DNA of 64,000 nt from NCBI RefSeq assembly GCF_964204645.1, contig NC_134030.1:19056210-19120209 (forward strand), in the 5' to 3' direction. The translations under genes and the position numbers were made by a program. The notes beneath the pieces were generated by a model. That model was not told where the DNA came from. It did no database searches and saw nothing but the letters and a program-made list of their open reading frames with translations. This document shows positions 18,597 through 31,000 of this stretch, piece by piece (positions within the stretch are counted from its first letter, which is position 1; each line of letters starts with the position of its first letter). Source of the DNA: Tubulanus polymorphus. Its lineage: Eukaryota > Animalia > Nemertea.

Positions 18597-21152
18597 CTGG
18601 ATCTTAAACCCTTCAAGCAATAATTTAATAATTTGTGGTTACATGCAATTTTTAATGAATTCAAATTATTCACGTTTCGCTAAAACTAGAGATCGTGTCT
18701 GCTCAAACTATTGTTCCCTAATTAGCTTTCCGAATTCCGATAGCATCTCTTCCGATGCAAAATAATCTAAGTTTACCGGTCTTTTTCGTCGATTTCGAAA
18801 CAAAATAGGGCAGGATTATCGATCGAACCTATAGCTGCTGCCCTCTGTCGAGAACGAACTGAACGTAGAAACCGCTGGCCTGCGCGCGCCTAAATACATC
18901 ATCACCCATATCCACTCGCAATGGAATAAACCACCAAGCGTACAGGGCCTATAGCACAAGCAACGTACGACTAGTCACAATATGCTGGGGGTATATTTTT
19001 CAGAAGTCAGGATAGAATCGTTATTTTTTTTGGAATCAATCTCTTTTAAACCGATACAGTCGTTTATACACAAAAACACTTCTAATGATTAAAAAGAAAG
19101 TCTCTTCGTCGTGTTAACCTTCAGGCATCGCACAACTATATTATATATTAATAATAATGATAATAATTATGATAGTTATCATATTATTAAATGCGTCATC
19201 CCATACACTGCCTGTCTAAACCGCCTGAGAGTCGTCGTATATTTACTATTTTTAGTTTCAGTAATAAATTTACAGGATAAGAAATCATTCGTCGAAATGA
19301 TTTGGTCATCGGTACATCAGATGTGACATCGGTTAACGAGGACCTGGCTACGTGCCAGCCTCATGTCGCAAGGATCCACCAGATGGTGCTTGTGAAAAAT
19401 AGGCTTAGCCATCGACTACACTGTGGAAAAATTCCACTTGTGGCAAGTGGGGATCCACCAGGCGACACTAGTGTGCAGTAGGACATTAACAACTGTGACA
19501 ATCGAGGATACCACTTGTGACGAGTAAGGATCCGCCAGGTGTCAATGCGTGCAGTAGTATATACATTAACTATTATATTAATAGCGATTAGTTTTCGTAA
19601 TTTTGCCATAATTTGCCACAAGTTTAATCACCCTAAGGCTTTCGTGTCGATGGATATCTACCACAGCTTTGTGTGGATTAACTTCGTTGATGATATTATT
19701 CTAATCTCCAATGATCATATTCTATCTGTGCTAAATGGGGTTCTCTGTGAATATTTGCCTATTCCTGAAAACACGAAACCTATTCAAAGAGCCAGATCTA
19801 CTACTCGCTCAGATCTACTTATCAAAACCGCGATGATATCGAAAAATCTTATTTACAAATATTAAGTCTTTTTTTAAAAACAAACTTTCTACTTTTAAAT
19901 ATGTCACATTCGTGTGTGAAGCCACGAAAACCTTTCCTGTACACGAATAAATAAATAAATAAATAAATGCAATCTTTAAACATCGTAAAACTGAGGATAC
20001 AAACTCAAAACCGGTTCAACAAAGAGTTCTAGTCAACACGCGCTAGTGTGAAGTTATATTAGTTTCTTATCAGGAGATAACGTCCACGATAGCTGAGTCA
20101 ATTTGATTCTAATCGGGCCTATCTGGTATTCTCTGTGGCCTGAATACTGTTTAGGCCACTTCCCACGGTCTGGCGCTACTACTAATAACGATCATGGTTA
20201 CGGTTAAGTCAAGTACAACCATTAGTAACACCTCAACCGCTAATGCTTCTACCAGGGTGCATAGGGCATCGATGCTGATGTTCGATGAAGGATCTCGACT
20301 TTAAAACGATTCAAATGCCTAACACGGGCGCTAGCTAACGGTCAGTATTAATTCAAATACCACAACGCTCCATACAGCCAGTGCGCATGCACGACGAGTC
20401 GGTTATGGGAACATCTTCCACGCACAAGTGCACGAGGGACAACATGACGTCCCTTCGGTTATATGTAATTAGAGAATCCATTCGGGATTTTACTGAAATG
20501 GCGAATAACGCCACGATTGATATTTAGGTGCGCCCACTGTGTTCGCGAATTTAGTGAGGGTGGTAACCGCGAAGTAGGAAAGATTCGAAACAAATCTGAT
20601 TCCACGAAAACGGCGTTATCGTGATGGCACTTCGATGACGAGTGAATCTAGCTTCGTCTGGATATAACTAAAATGCAATATCGTATTTCGTACAAAAACA
20701 AAAAAAAAACTCTCGACTGAGTCTAATAAACTATGTACAAAATTACAAAATACGTAACTGACCCATCAGTATATGCTGACTAGAAATACTCAAAATGCAC
20801 AGACTGAACACACGAGACCACCACATAGAATATTCTGAATAAAACCTGCCGGGTCTAAGCACTAAATGTCGTATACCCAGTAGATGGTCAATAGGCAAAT
20901 CAATTATAATCATCATTTTACATAAATTAAAATCTAGTATTTACAAACAACGAAATGATCGATAGTGGTTGTGACAACGTGAATTTAATCAGGTATCAGT
21001 CTACAGTCTGGAATCACTCGCCGGTCATTTATCCTTGTAGCGTTAAGCTTCGGGTAAATGTCTAACACATAGTTCATTTTCGGTGGAAAATGCCTTAGGT
21101 GAAGTACTCGGCGCAAGTGTAGTGTAGACGATCAGTTTTGGAAAACGTGCTG

Positions 21153-21271
21153 CAGCGGAACCTCGTTACAACGAACTTCACGGGACCAGAAAATATGTTC
21201 GTTACAAGCGATAGTTCGTTAGAATCCAGTATGAAATCAATCAAATCGTGTAGGTCGACGAGGTTACGCTG
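21153..21271. mobile_element. pogo/Tigger-like MITE
   Basis: Ends CAGCGGAACCTCG...CGAGGTTACGCTG + TA; internal CGTTACAACGAA motifs typical of pogo-family elements. Confidence 0.65.
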
Positions 21272-21937
21272 TAAACGTAGTTCATTCTCAAATGGAAAAA
21301 AGTCTCACGCCGAGTCAGACCAGGCAGCAGATTGATACCCGCGATAAAATTGCTGGGGCCGCAAAAACCGTTTTATAATCGTAACTATACGTCACAGTAT
21401 TGTAATCAATTCAAATTTCACTTAAAACACTGGACATATCAAACTGCAGAATACACATGGCATATTAACATATTAGCTAGATAAGAGAGAGGAGGAGAAA
21501 GAGGATGGGGTTTAGTGAAGAAGATCACACTCATGAAAGATTCGAACATTGATATAATCAAAGAACATACTTATGACGATTTGTTAAGGTGGGGTATCAT
21601 AGTATATACACGTATCCTTTTCCATGCTTTGTACAATTCCAGTATTTATGAAAACGTATTTTGTGTGCGTTTAATGCAAAAGTTCATCTTTTTTTGAGTA
21701 TCATTTCTAACAATCAGCAGGGGAAGGGGTTATTCATCCCGAAATTTGGATTGGGTAAAATTTGATTTCTGACGGTTCGGCGACGAATATTCAAACATCA
21801 AGCTTACACCGAGCGTATACAAAAACTGTTATTCCTAGTGCTGAGAACTAAACGTCGTATAGCAGCCATCTTTAATTTTGCAGCGTGCCAGTCTTGTCAG
21901 GAGATTACATTCCGCCTTCTTGCTGCTCTATAAACAA

Positions 21938-22037
21938 CTACACAACGGTAAAGTTATCGGTGTAATTCTTTCCATCGTCCAATTCTAAAGTGTCGGTGCT
22001 TTTCATGGCGCCTTCCTCTTTCACCGTGCGATATTGC
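21938..22037 (-). CDS. Dscam: Dscam terminal coding exon
   Basis: QYRTVKEE...[10 protein letters not shown], class I PDZ-binding end. Confidence 0.85.
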
Positions 22038-25000
22038 CTGAAAGAAAATGAAGCGAATGAGGAAAATCAAGAGGAATATATGATGAATCATTAAGGCTGT
22101 TTTCAACTGCCATGTTTAACGCCATGTCCGACGCATATTTAATTCTATGAGACACGTCTTACAACAACAATCCAGCTCCCGAAGCTGACCAAGTACACCG
22201 CATAACCAACTAACCGTAAGGATACACCCTCCCCGGGCGGGGATTCGAACCTGATGGCATTGAGATTGCCAAGGTACGCAACCCTGCCACACTAGATCGA
22301 GTACGCAGCTTAGATGATGTCATTATTAGCCAATCAGAAATCCGGTTTTAGTTTAGCCTTGTTTTATACATTGAAAGTTTATCAGTGAAATTTACATCGG
22401 CGATCATACAACGAGCAATCTGATTGGTGCCGCAAGTTTTCGTGCGGCAAAGCTGCGCACGTACCTGCGCACCCGGTCTAGGGGTGATGCCATCTAGTGA
22501 TGCCATCAGGGGTGACTCCCTACTTAGGATGTGACTTTATAGCTGATTGGACCTAATTTGCAATGGCAGCTTACCTCTCTAATAACCCGATGACCTCGTC
22601 CTCTTCCCGAGGCGATGTCAGAGCTGGTCTCACAGTCGCCGATACTAGGGGGCGACACTCGTCAGTTCCCGGTGTTTCCGGGGTTATATCATACCTAGGC
22701 AACGGTGTCCCGTGGCGACCTGTAATATGAGACAAATAAGAAACGTTATTAGTCTTAAAGACTTACTTAACTAGAGAAACGCGAGCTAATGCAACGGTAA
22801 ATGATGGTAATATGACTGAGCAGCTTAGCCACCAGGGTCCAGTTCCACAGTTCTGAGTTAAGATTTTACCCTGGGTTAAAACATTGAAAATGAACTAACT
22901 TTAACTCACGACTGTGGAACTGGGTCCAGGATATCGCGATTGGATCTTGCGTGGTGGAAAAAAGGTTCATTATCGAGATAAGACTTTGATCGTGAAAAAT
23001 GGCTCATGACACACGGTGGTGTTCACGCTTCTTGCCATGGTATTAGATACCCTAGTGTATACCGATGAACCAATTGTAACATTATCATTTGCAATCAGTG
23101 GCGTATAGGGATTATACAGGTTGTTTTTCTAATAAGGTTGGAACTAAACGAGGGCCTGGTATACCCCCCCTCCTCCCGAAAGAATATAAAAAGAGCAATA
23201 GATGCTCAGCTATGGGCTTTGAGAAAGTTTCGTTGATACAACGCATCGAAGATTTTAGCAAACAAATTTCGTATGCATGTTGGATTAGTTCTATTGTTAA
23301 CGTTTCAACTTGCTTTGAATACAAGCGAGCTAAGTTAAAAATCATCATAACCCTCGAGACACCCATTATTGGCCTGCCAATGGCCTGCTGGATTGTGACT
23401 GCATCGTTGTTGGGTCTCCTGGACCCAGTTCCACAGTTGTGAGTTAGAGTTAGTTCATTTTCGATGTTTTAACCCAGGGTCAAGTCTTAACTCAGAACTG
23501 TGGAACTGGACCCTGTAGTATCATTCTGTCGCACGTGAAATTCTTCAAAACCGATATCTGAAAATATATATACCGAGGAACAACAGGTGTGAACTATATA
23601 CCTCTATTCATGCCCAAACTGCGTCTTCTACCGCGACCGTAACGCGGTTCTGTATACGGGTCGTAAGAGTGATACCCGTCGGGTGGACTAGGGGGCGTCG
23701 GCGAATCTGTCTGTCCGTTGAACGCGTAGGTCACTTCCTCGCTGTTAGTACTAGTCGTACTAGCTCGACTGTGGCACCTAAAACGGCAAGAAGATAATGC
23801 AATTATATATTTACTTCAAAACAACTGTACATCTTTACTTGTATTTCCGTAACTATATTCGTTTGCATTTTGAATCGATGCGCAACGAGACGCCAGCGCA
23901 ATAAATTAGGGAATTATGGATTCATTTGAAAAATCATTATCCACCGCCTGCCCTAGTGTGCAGTTAGACATCGACAACTATTGAGAATTCCACTTGTTTC
24001 AAGGGAGGATCGACTATTTCCTAACTCCATTAAATGAGGAATAATATAGAATTAACGAAATCAAGAAAGATAAATGAATCCTAAATCTTAAGGCTGTAAA
24101 ATCAAGACATATTAAGATGAAAAAGATTCAAATTGTATTTTTTATAAACGAATAAACAACATACCTGGGAGGTCCTCCGCGACTCGGTCGGACTACCTTT
24201 TTGCCGACAACTTGGCCCCTATGTTTGCCCTTATGTTTGGTCCTGGGTCGACGATGGGCTGGACTTTGCTCTTTATGCTGTACCGGTCCTTCGGGCTCGG
24301 TTGTGTCACTTGAGAATCCCATTCGACTCGGTCTACTCCGTCGACCTTGACAGAAAAACGATAGAATTTAGGGTTTTTATTGGCGATTTGCTGTTTTTTT
24401 TATCAAAGTCCCTTCAAAACTCCCCCTATTTGGGCAGTAATTCACTGAAATTTCACGGCAGTCTTCAACTTGCTGGTTAAAATCAGAGTTATGACAATGC
24501 GACAACGTCATAAGATAGAATCTTAGTGGTAGAAAACTCCCATGGATTTACTTAATCAAACAAGAAGTAGGTAATTTCGGTTACCATACCAGAAAAATAG
24601 GAAACCATACTTTCTAGACGGTTGTATGAATAAGATCAGTGTGCAAGTAACTTAAATGAGATAAGATGATATTTGGAATGCCCGATCAAATTAGTAGTAG
24701 GTAATTTGAAGATGTCATGGATAACCTGTTTGTAAAGCCCCGATTGCAAAATAATTAGTGCCATTTAGTAATGTCAGATGAGGTATGACATAGATGACGG
24801 TTACCATCAATAATAATGGGGCCGTTAGAGAACAATGATTAATAGTTGGCCATTTGTTGCTGTTAATTGAGTTTTTTTTAGTCACTTACGATCGTAGATA
24901 GGCACTTCACACGCGGCCTGTCGTTTCTCGTCAGGCTTCGGAGGGGATTGCGTAAACAGCCGGATCCCTGGTTCTGTTGATTCTGAACTATCAGTCGGCT

Positions 25001-28000
25001 GGGGACTGCACTTTGCCCGTTCGACCTTTTTAAAAGAAATACGAATTAAGAGTCTACAATTTACTTTTATTTTCTCTCGAAAAGAAAAGAAAATATTAAA
25101 GTAACACTGCTAGCACGCTATATGAGTTTTAAAACATCGAAACGACTGTCAGACACAACTAGAGTATTCTGATGCAGTCGGAGCTGCCGGGTTTAACTAG
25201 TTCGCCACCCGGCGGAAATTTAAGTTATTAGGTATATCGTCTACTGTCAGGCGACCACGCCGAAAGCTATCGGATAACATCATCACAACCGATTGAAAAC
25301 GACGGTTAGAGTTAGGGCTTTTCTAACGATAACCACACTCAAACGTGGTGAATGGATAAAAAAATAAAAACCCACCATCTACAGATTCCACTATCTACTG
25401 TTTATTATATATTTTAGATTGTTCGAATAAATAAATTCTTGATTTTAAATTGTTTCATTCTGTAGATAGTGGGTTTTAATCTTCTTTTCTATCGGTGTTG
25501 ACCTACCTCGTATTCGAGCGGATTTGGCGGGTTCTTCTTGGCGTTCTCGTAGGCTAACATCAGTTCGTCATGGTTCGATGAAACGGTTGTAATACTGGAT
25601 ATAGCGCTGTGACGATGGCTTCCTTTCTCCGACGAACTCGACGTCGATTTCGGCTTGACGTACGGAGCCGAGGGAGTCTTCGGTCGGCTGCCGCCTGTCG
25701 TGAACAGCGAGTGAATTTGGTCCGCGCTGGCGTATTTACGAGGACTGAGAATTAGCCCTACAATCGTACAGAAAATGTTTTCACAAATACAGCTAGCGGG
25801 AAACCAGTGGCCAACAGACACAACACCGGTTGATTTCGACGAAAGTTCAGATTCAGGAATTTCATTTGTTATAAGATCATACTTCAAAATCAGTTTACGT
25901 TATCAGCGATTAGTTATAATCTCTATTGAAAGATGGCGGCACCTGTCAAACATAGTGATATATAAGTAACTATCGATACACCGCGCCGTGAGTGTAGATG
26001 CACTATAGCGGTGTGCCCGTGATTGGAAACACTGAGGTTGGAATCTATACATTTTACAAATTATCTACTTTTCATTTATCAGCATTGACCATGATTTTGA
26101 ACCTCTGAAAATGTATGGAATAAAGTCTCGAAAAATCATGGTCATCGGGTTCCCTACTGCTGACGGTGATTTAGTTTTCAGTGACAACATATTCACTCAG
26201 ATCGAAGGAAAGTTCGATATCAATTAAAATCTAAAGAAATTAAAGAACTACTAGTAGCGATACCTGGTGAAACCTTATTTGGAACACTATTGCAGCTATG
26301 GTACTCTATACGTACCTTCGTTATCGCAACCAGGAACATTTTGGTACCGCAGTACCGGCTGCCTTTCCTTGGTTGGCGGAGTGGTCCCGTGGTCAACTTT
26401 TTTATCTTCTACTTTCAAACCGGCCTACGAAACGAAATAAAATGGAAATAGATATAGCCACGAAGCAGCTGTAACGAGTTGATCAGTCGACATTCGTTTG
26501 ATCTTGCAATCTTTTGAACCCACTCATGTGAGCAGAATGCGCAGGAAAAGTAACATGTTACGTTAAAAGCATAAAGGCGTAATGTAGGGGCAATTGAAAG
26601 TGAAATGATACTTGTTTATCAATAATAAAGATAATAGGATTGATCAATACATGAAATATAGCGTGTGTTCGGGCAATACTGTTTGGACTGTTATTAGGGT
26701 TGGCTTGCTAAGTAGATTAGTAGGGTAAGCTTACGCTGCTGATACATCCCGCTGGCCAGGTTGGGATGCCTCCAACTAAATACCACGCCAGAAGAACGAC
26801 TAAGCTCGGTTTGTGTCGGGTTCGAGCTTCTGCGGGAGGAACCAAACTTTAGCAAGCGAGGATGATGTCCGCACTAGATGCTTAACCTACCCCGTGTTCA
26901 TGACTAAGGGGAAATTGGACATCTTATGGACATATTTCGGTAATTCTATTTCAAATATAATCGAAAGTGAGCTTTCAACAAACTGACCTCTCTTTGCGCC
27001 ATCTCTTTCTCCTTCGCTACGATATCGATATCGTCCTCTTCCTCGTCGTCTTCGTCGTCGACGTCCTCTTCAGTGTGGTGTAACGACGGTCGTATGGCTT
27101 TCTTCGTCACTACGGCCGGTTCTCTCGGGTATTGGAATGTAGCGTACGGGTTTATATTACCATCCGAATCGCCTACGATGGAACGGGTTAGAAATCGATT
27201 GAAGAATGAATGAAGGATAAATGAAGAGTGAGTGAATGAACGAAGAGTGAATGAATGAATGAAGAAGGAATGAATGAACGAAAAATAAATAAATGAACGG
27301 AATGAATGAACGAAGAATGAATGAATGAACGGAATGAATGAATGAAGAATGAACGAAAGAACGGCTACGATGGAACAGATTAGAAATCGATTGAAGAATG
27401 GATGAAGAATATATAAAGAGTGAATGAATGAATATGAATGAAAAATGAACAAACGGAACGGGACGGAACGAACGAACGAACGAACGAACGAACGAACGAA
27501 CGAACGAACGAACGAACGAAACTGGTCAGTGATACCCCAGTCAGTCGCAATCAGGGTAGCTGCAACTTACCGGAGACGGAATTCTCGAAACTGTTATCGC
27601 TGTTAGTGTGACTGTTCTGCTGGAAGGCCCACATGCGCGTGTCGTCCGGTCCAGTATCGTCCGAATGATCGGTCAATAGATTCATATTGCGGTGAGTGAT
27701 GATCGGCTCGGGCGTGTACGGCGTCTCGCGTGACGTATCCGACTCGAAGTTCAACCGTTTGTCGAGGTCGTTCATCAACGACGTTTCGGCTGTGAGATCG
27801 CGGCGAAGGTTTGGTCCCATTGAATCTAAAATGGCGATATTATCACATGACAATTGTAAACGAACGTCAATTGCCATAGTTCATTCCATTTCAAGCAAGT
27901 CTAGAATCTACTATATCAAATAATCCTCAAAAAAACCTTCTCACTTTTAACTCCCGGGATAGTTTTCATTGATTTGATTTATTCAGAGAGGGATATTCAA

Positions 28001-31000
28001 TTTGATTTTAAGTGAAATATAGGATGAACTGAAAAACTACGACTAGCGACATCTGGTGGATACTCACTTGCCTCGAGTAGGACAATCTATTAACAGTGGT
28101 TAATATTATTATCTATTGACATAGTGGATAATGGCCTACCGCAAACTAGCGGCACCTGGTGTTAATCCTCACTTTCCACAAGTGGAACCGACAATATTGC
28201 CAGGTTGCCGCGTACGGATTACTAGCTTAAATCCTTTACACGGAGAAAATCCGCGATCACAACACGCGATACCACTTATTTCAATTTAACATTTCCGATA
28301 TCGCACTCACTTTTATAAATCATTCGCATCTGCCTCCTTCTACAGAACAACACAACGGCTACGGCTAAAACTAGTACAAACACCAGCGTAGCGCATAGAG
28401 GCACCATTATATAGATCTTCTCATAAAACTGCTGTTCCTGTTTGTGCACAATGAATATCGGTTTAATCGTACCTGGAATCGAAGAAGAAACATTTCAATG
28501 AGAAATGTAAGTCGCAAGTTACACAGATCTCTTCGTCGTTGTCGAATAAAATCTGCTTCTGAGAAATGCATTTTAATCATCTAAACTAAGTATTATTCGC
28601 GAGTGTATATATTGCGTGGTCGATGCCGGGCCATATGAGAAATGAATCGTGATTGTTATCAGTATCATTATTAGTAAAACATCATGATTGTTAAAATTGT
28701 CTAATTTTAAGAAGAGTAAAAATGAAGCCATCAAAACCATCGAAAAAAGTCATGTGTTGGTTTTGAGAAGGTCATTAATCCCCGTTTTCACTACTTTTGA
28801 CTCATAATGAATAACGTTTATATTCTGAATTTGTTCTGCTTTTTTTGCTGCTTTCAGCCTGGAATTTAGTATGCGGCACTTTCACGAAGATTCATACATA
28901 AAACTACGAAATAATTCACAGTTTTTACAAAGAAAAATGTGAGACTTACTGCCTGTGTAGGTTAGCGTTGCAAACTGCAGTTCAGCCTCAGTCAAACCGG
29001 CATCGTTATACGCCGTGACCTTCATGATGTACCACGTGGCCGGGTGCAGGTCACGTACGACAAAATGATTCTGAAGGAAAATGTGAAACAATGAATTCGA
29101 TTCTCGAAAATTTACGGAGCCCCGAAGGTGACATGTTGATAAATAAATACATTTTCGTACGAACTAAACGATTATCATTATTAATCAAAACAAATACTCA
29201 CGACATCCGGTTCGATGTGGTTCGACACTGTCCGCCAGGTGTCGTCACCCCATACTCTATAGCGGATACTGTATCCGGTGATCGGGCAACCACCGTCTAA
29301 CCACGTGTTCAATGCCAAGGTCACCATCGTGGAATTGATGTCCCGTATGAGATTGTCCTGGGCCGGGCTTATAGCCGCTAAAATGATAAGATTGTAATGA
29401 TAAGATCATTTTGATTCGACTCACTTAGAATGATCATGTTATAGGCCGTCCCGCTAGATGGCGTAATAATCGGTAGGAAATTCTAATCAAAATTTAATTC
29501 ATCAATTATTTCGTTTCATCGACTCTTTCTTGATGTTTTCCACTAACAATTCCCGTCCTTAGATCAACAAGCGAAATCCCTTATAACTTGTAGCAAAAAT
29601 ACTGATTACTCTAAGCTTCTTGCTATATACCGAGTTCTTGGGAGTTGGCTGTTCCTAAAACATAAAATCTAAATCACAAATGATCGACTTACTTGAGCCA
29701 TTAGTCTTAGCAGTGACGTCCTTGCTCATATCGCCGGGCCCGACTCTATTGAACGCCTGCACTCGGAACTTGTACGTCGTACCGCAGTACAGATCCGTCA
29801 CCGTGTAGGATCGAACCTGCGCCTTCAGTTTCACGTTCTGCCAGTCCTGGAATGCTTTCTTATAATAGAAGATGAAGCCCCGAATGGCGCTGCCTCCGTT
29901 GCTGCCCGAGCGCCAGTTGATCTGAATCGATGAGGTCGTCGTCGCCGCCACTGTGACGAACGGTTGTTTCGGCGGAGCTGTAACGATACACGAATTAAAC
30001 CCGTTGTTCAAAGTCGTCTTCGTTTCTCGATCAACCCAGCGATGGTTAGACATGATTGCTTGAATTAGGTTTCAAGGCCTTCGGGGCACGCGTTCGACTA
30101 GGGGAAACTATGGGCAAGCAAGCTATTCAAAAGACAGCCAGCGGAGAGGTGTAAGGGTATGGCGGAAGCTATCTCCACCGAGGACGAAGTTATTTCCAGG
30201 TTTAGGCATTGTAAGGGGGATAAACTGAAGTAGCAGTTAAGCACTAGTGGCTAATAAAATGTTATGCAGTCTGCAGGTGGGTTTCAAAACCATACATTAT
30301 CTGTAATGATACTGCAATTTCTGATAGGTCCTTCTTTTGGATCGAACAATGGATCGATTTTGGTTTCCATAAAAAAGTGACTGTCTAATACCTTTGAGAA
30401 TGAGAAAAGCCGCAACAGTCAAGAAAAAACTGAATGAGCATTTGTTCACCCACTACATATTAATTAGCAGCTATGGGCATCACGTCTAGTCGCTACCCGC
30501 CCTGTTGTTATGACTGCATGATAAATTAGTTTTTGAAAATTGCTCAAAGAATCAGCCCGAAAGGTCAAATGCTCATTTAGTTTTTCATTGTGATTGTGGT
30601 TTAATTTTACTACACAAAATGGACCGATTCCATTCGTGATTGCATCTCTATAGCCCCAATATGTGATAGCCATGGTAGGAACGGCCCGTGATGAATTCCC
30701 GTGTAAGACGAATGCATCCCTGATATGGCTGAGGATATGCCTGATGATCCAGCCATCTAACGAACAGCTCACCCGTGTTACTGAGTCAGAAATGTGGGAA
30801 ATACTAATTCGTTCCAAAACTAGATTACCATGGGGAATGTGTTGTTGTTTTCAAAACTAGGTCACAATGGGGGATACGTTTCTGGGTCATGTTGTCTTAA
30901 AACTGGGTCATCAAATCACAATCTTCATGTAAAAGTCGATTTGATCCACCGTCGACTTATAATAATAAAGAAATCATTAAAATCTGCTTTCTTATTTTTC

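Larger units (their letters stand above)
14900..21937 (-). promoter_or_regulatory. Putative long (~7 kb) Dscam 3'UTR
   Basis: Gene-free stretch after the Dscam stop. Ten UGUAHAUA elements on the Dscam strand. AATAAA at 14928-14923 followed by a GU/U-rich tract; a second AATAAA at 17081-17076. Confidence 0.55.

Noticed and set aside
26735-26775. Possible extra Dscam cassette exon (AG...GTAAGC)
   Set aside because: 41 nt, breaks the frame, and overlaps a MITE end.
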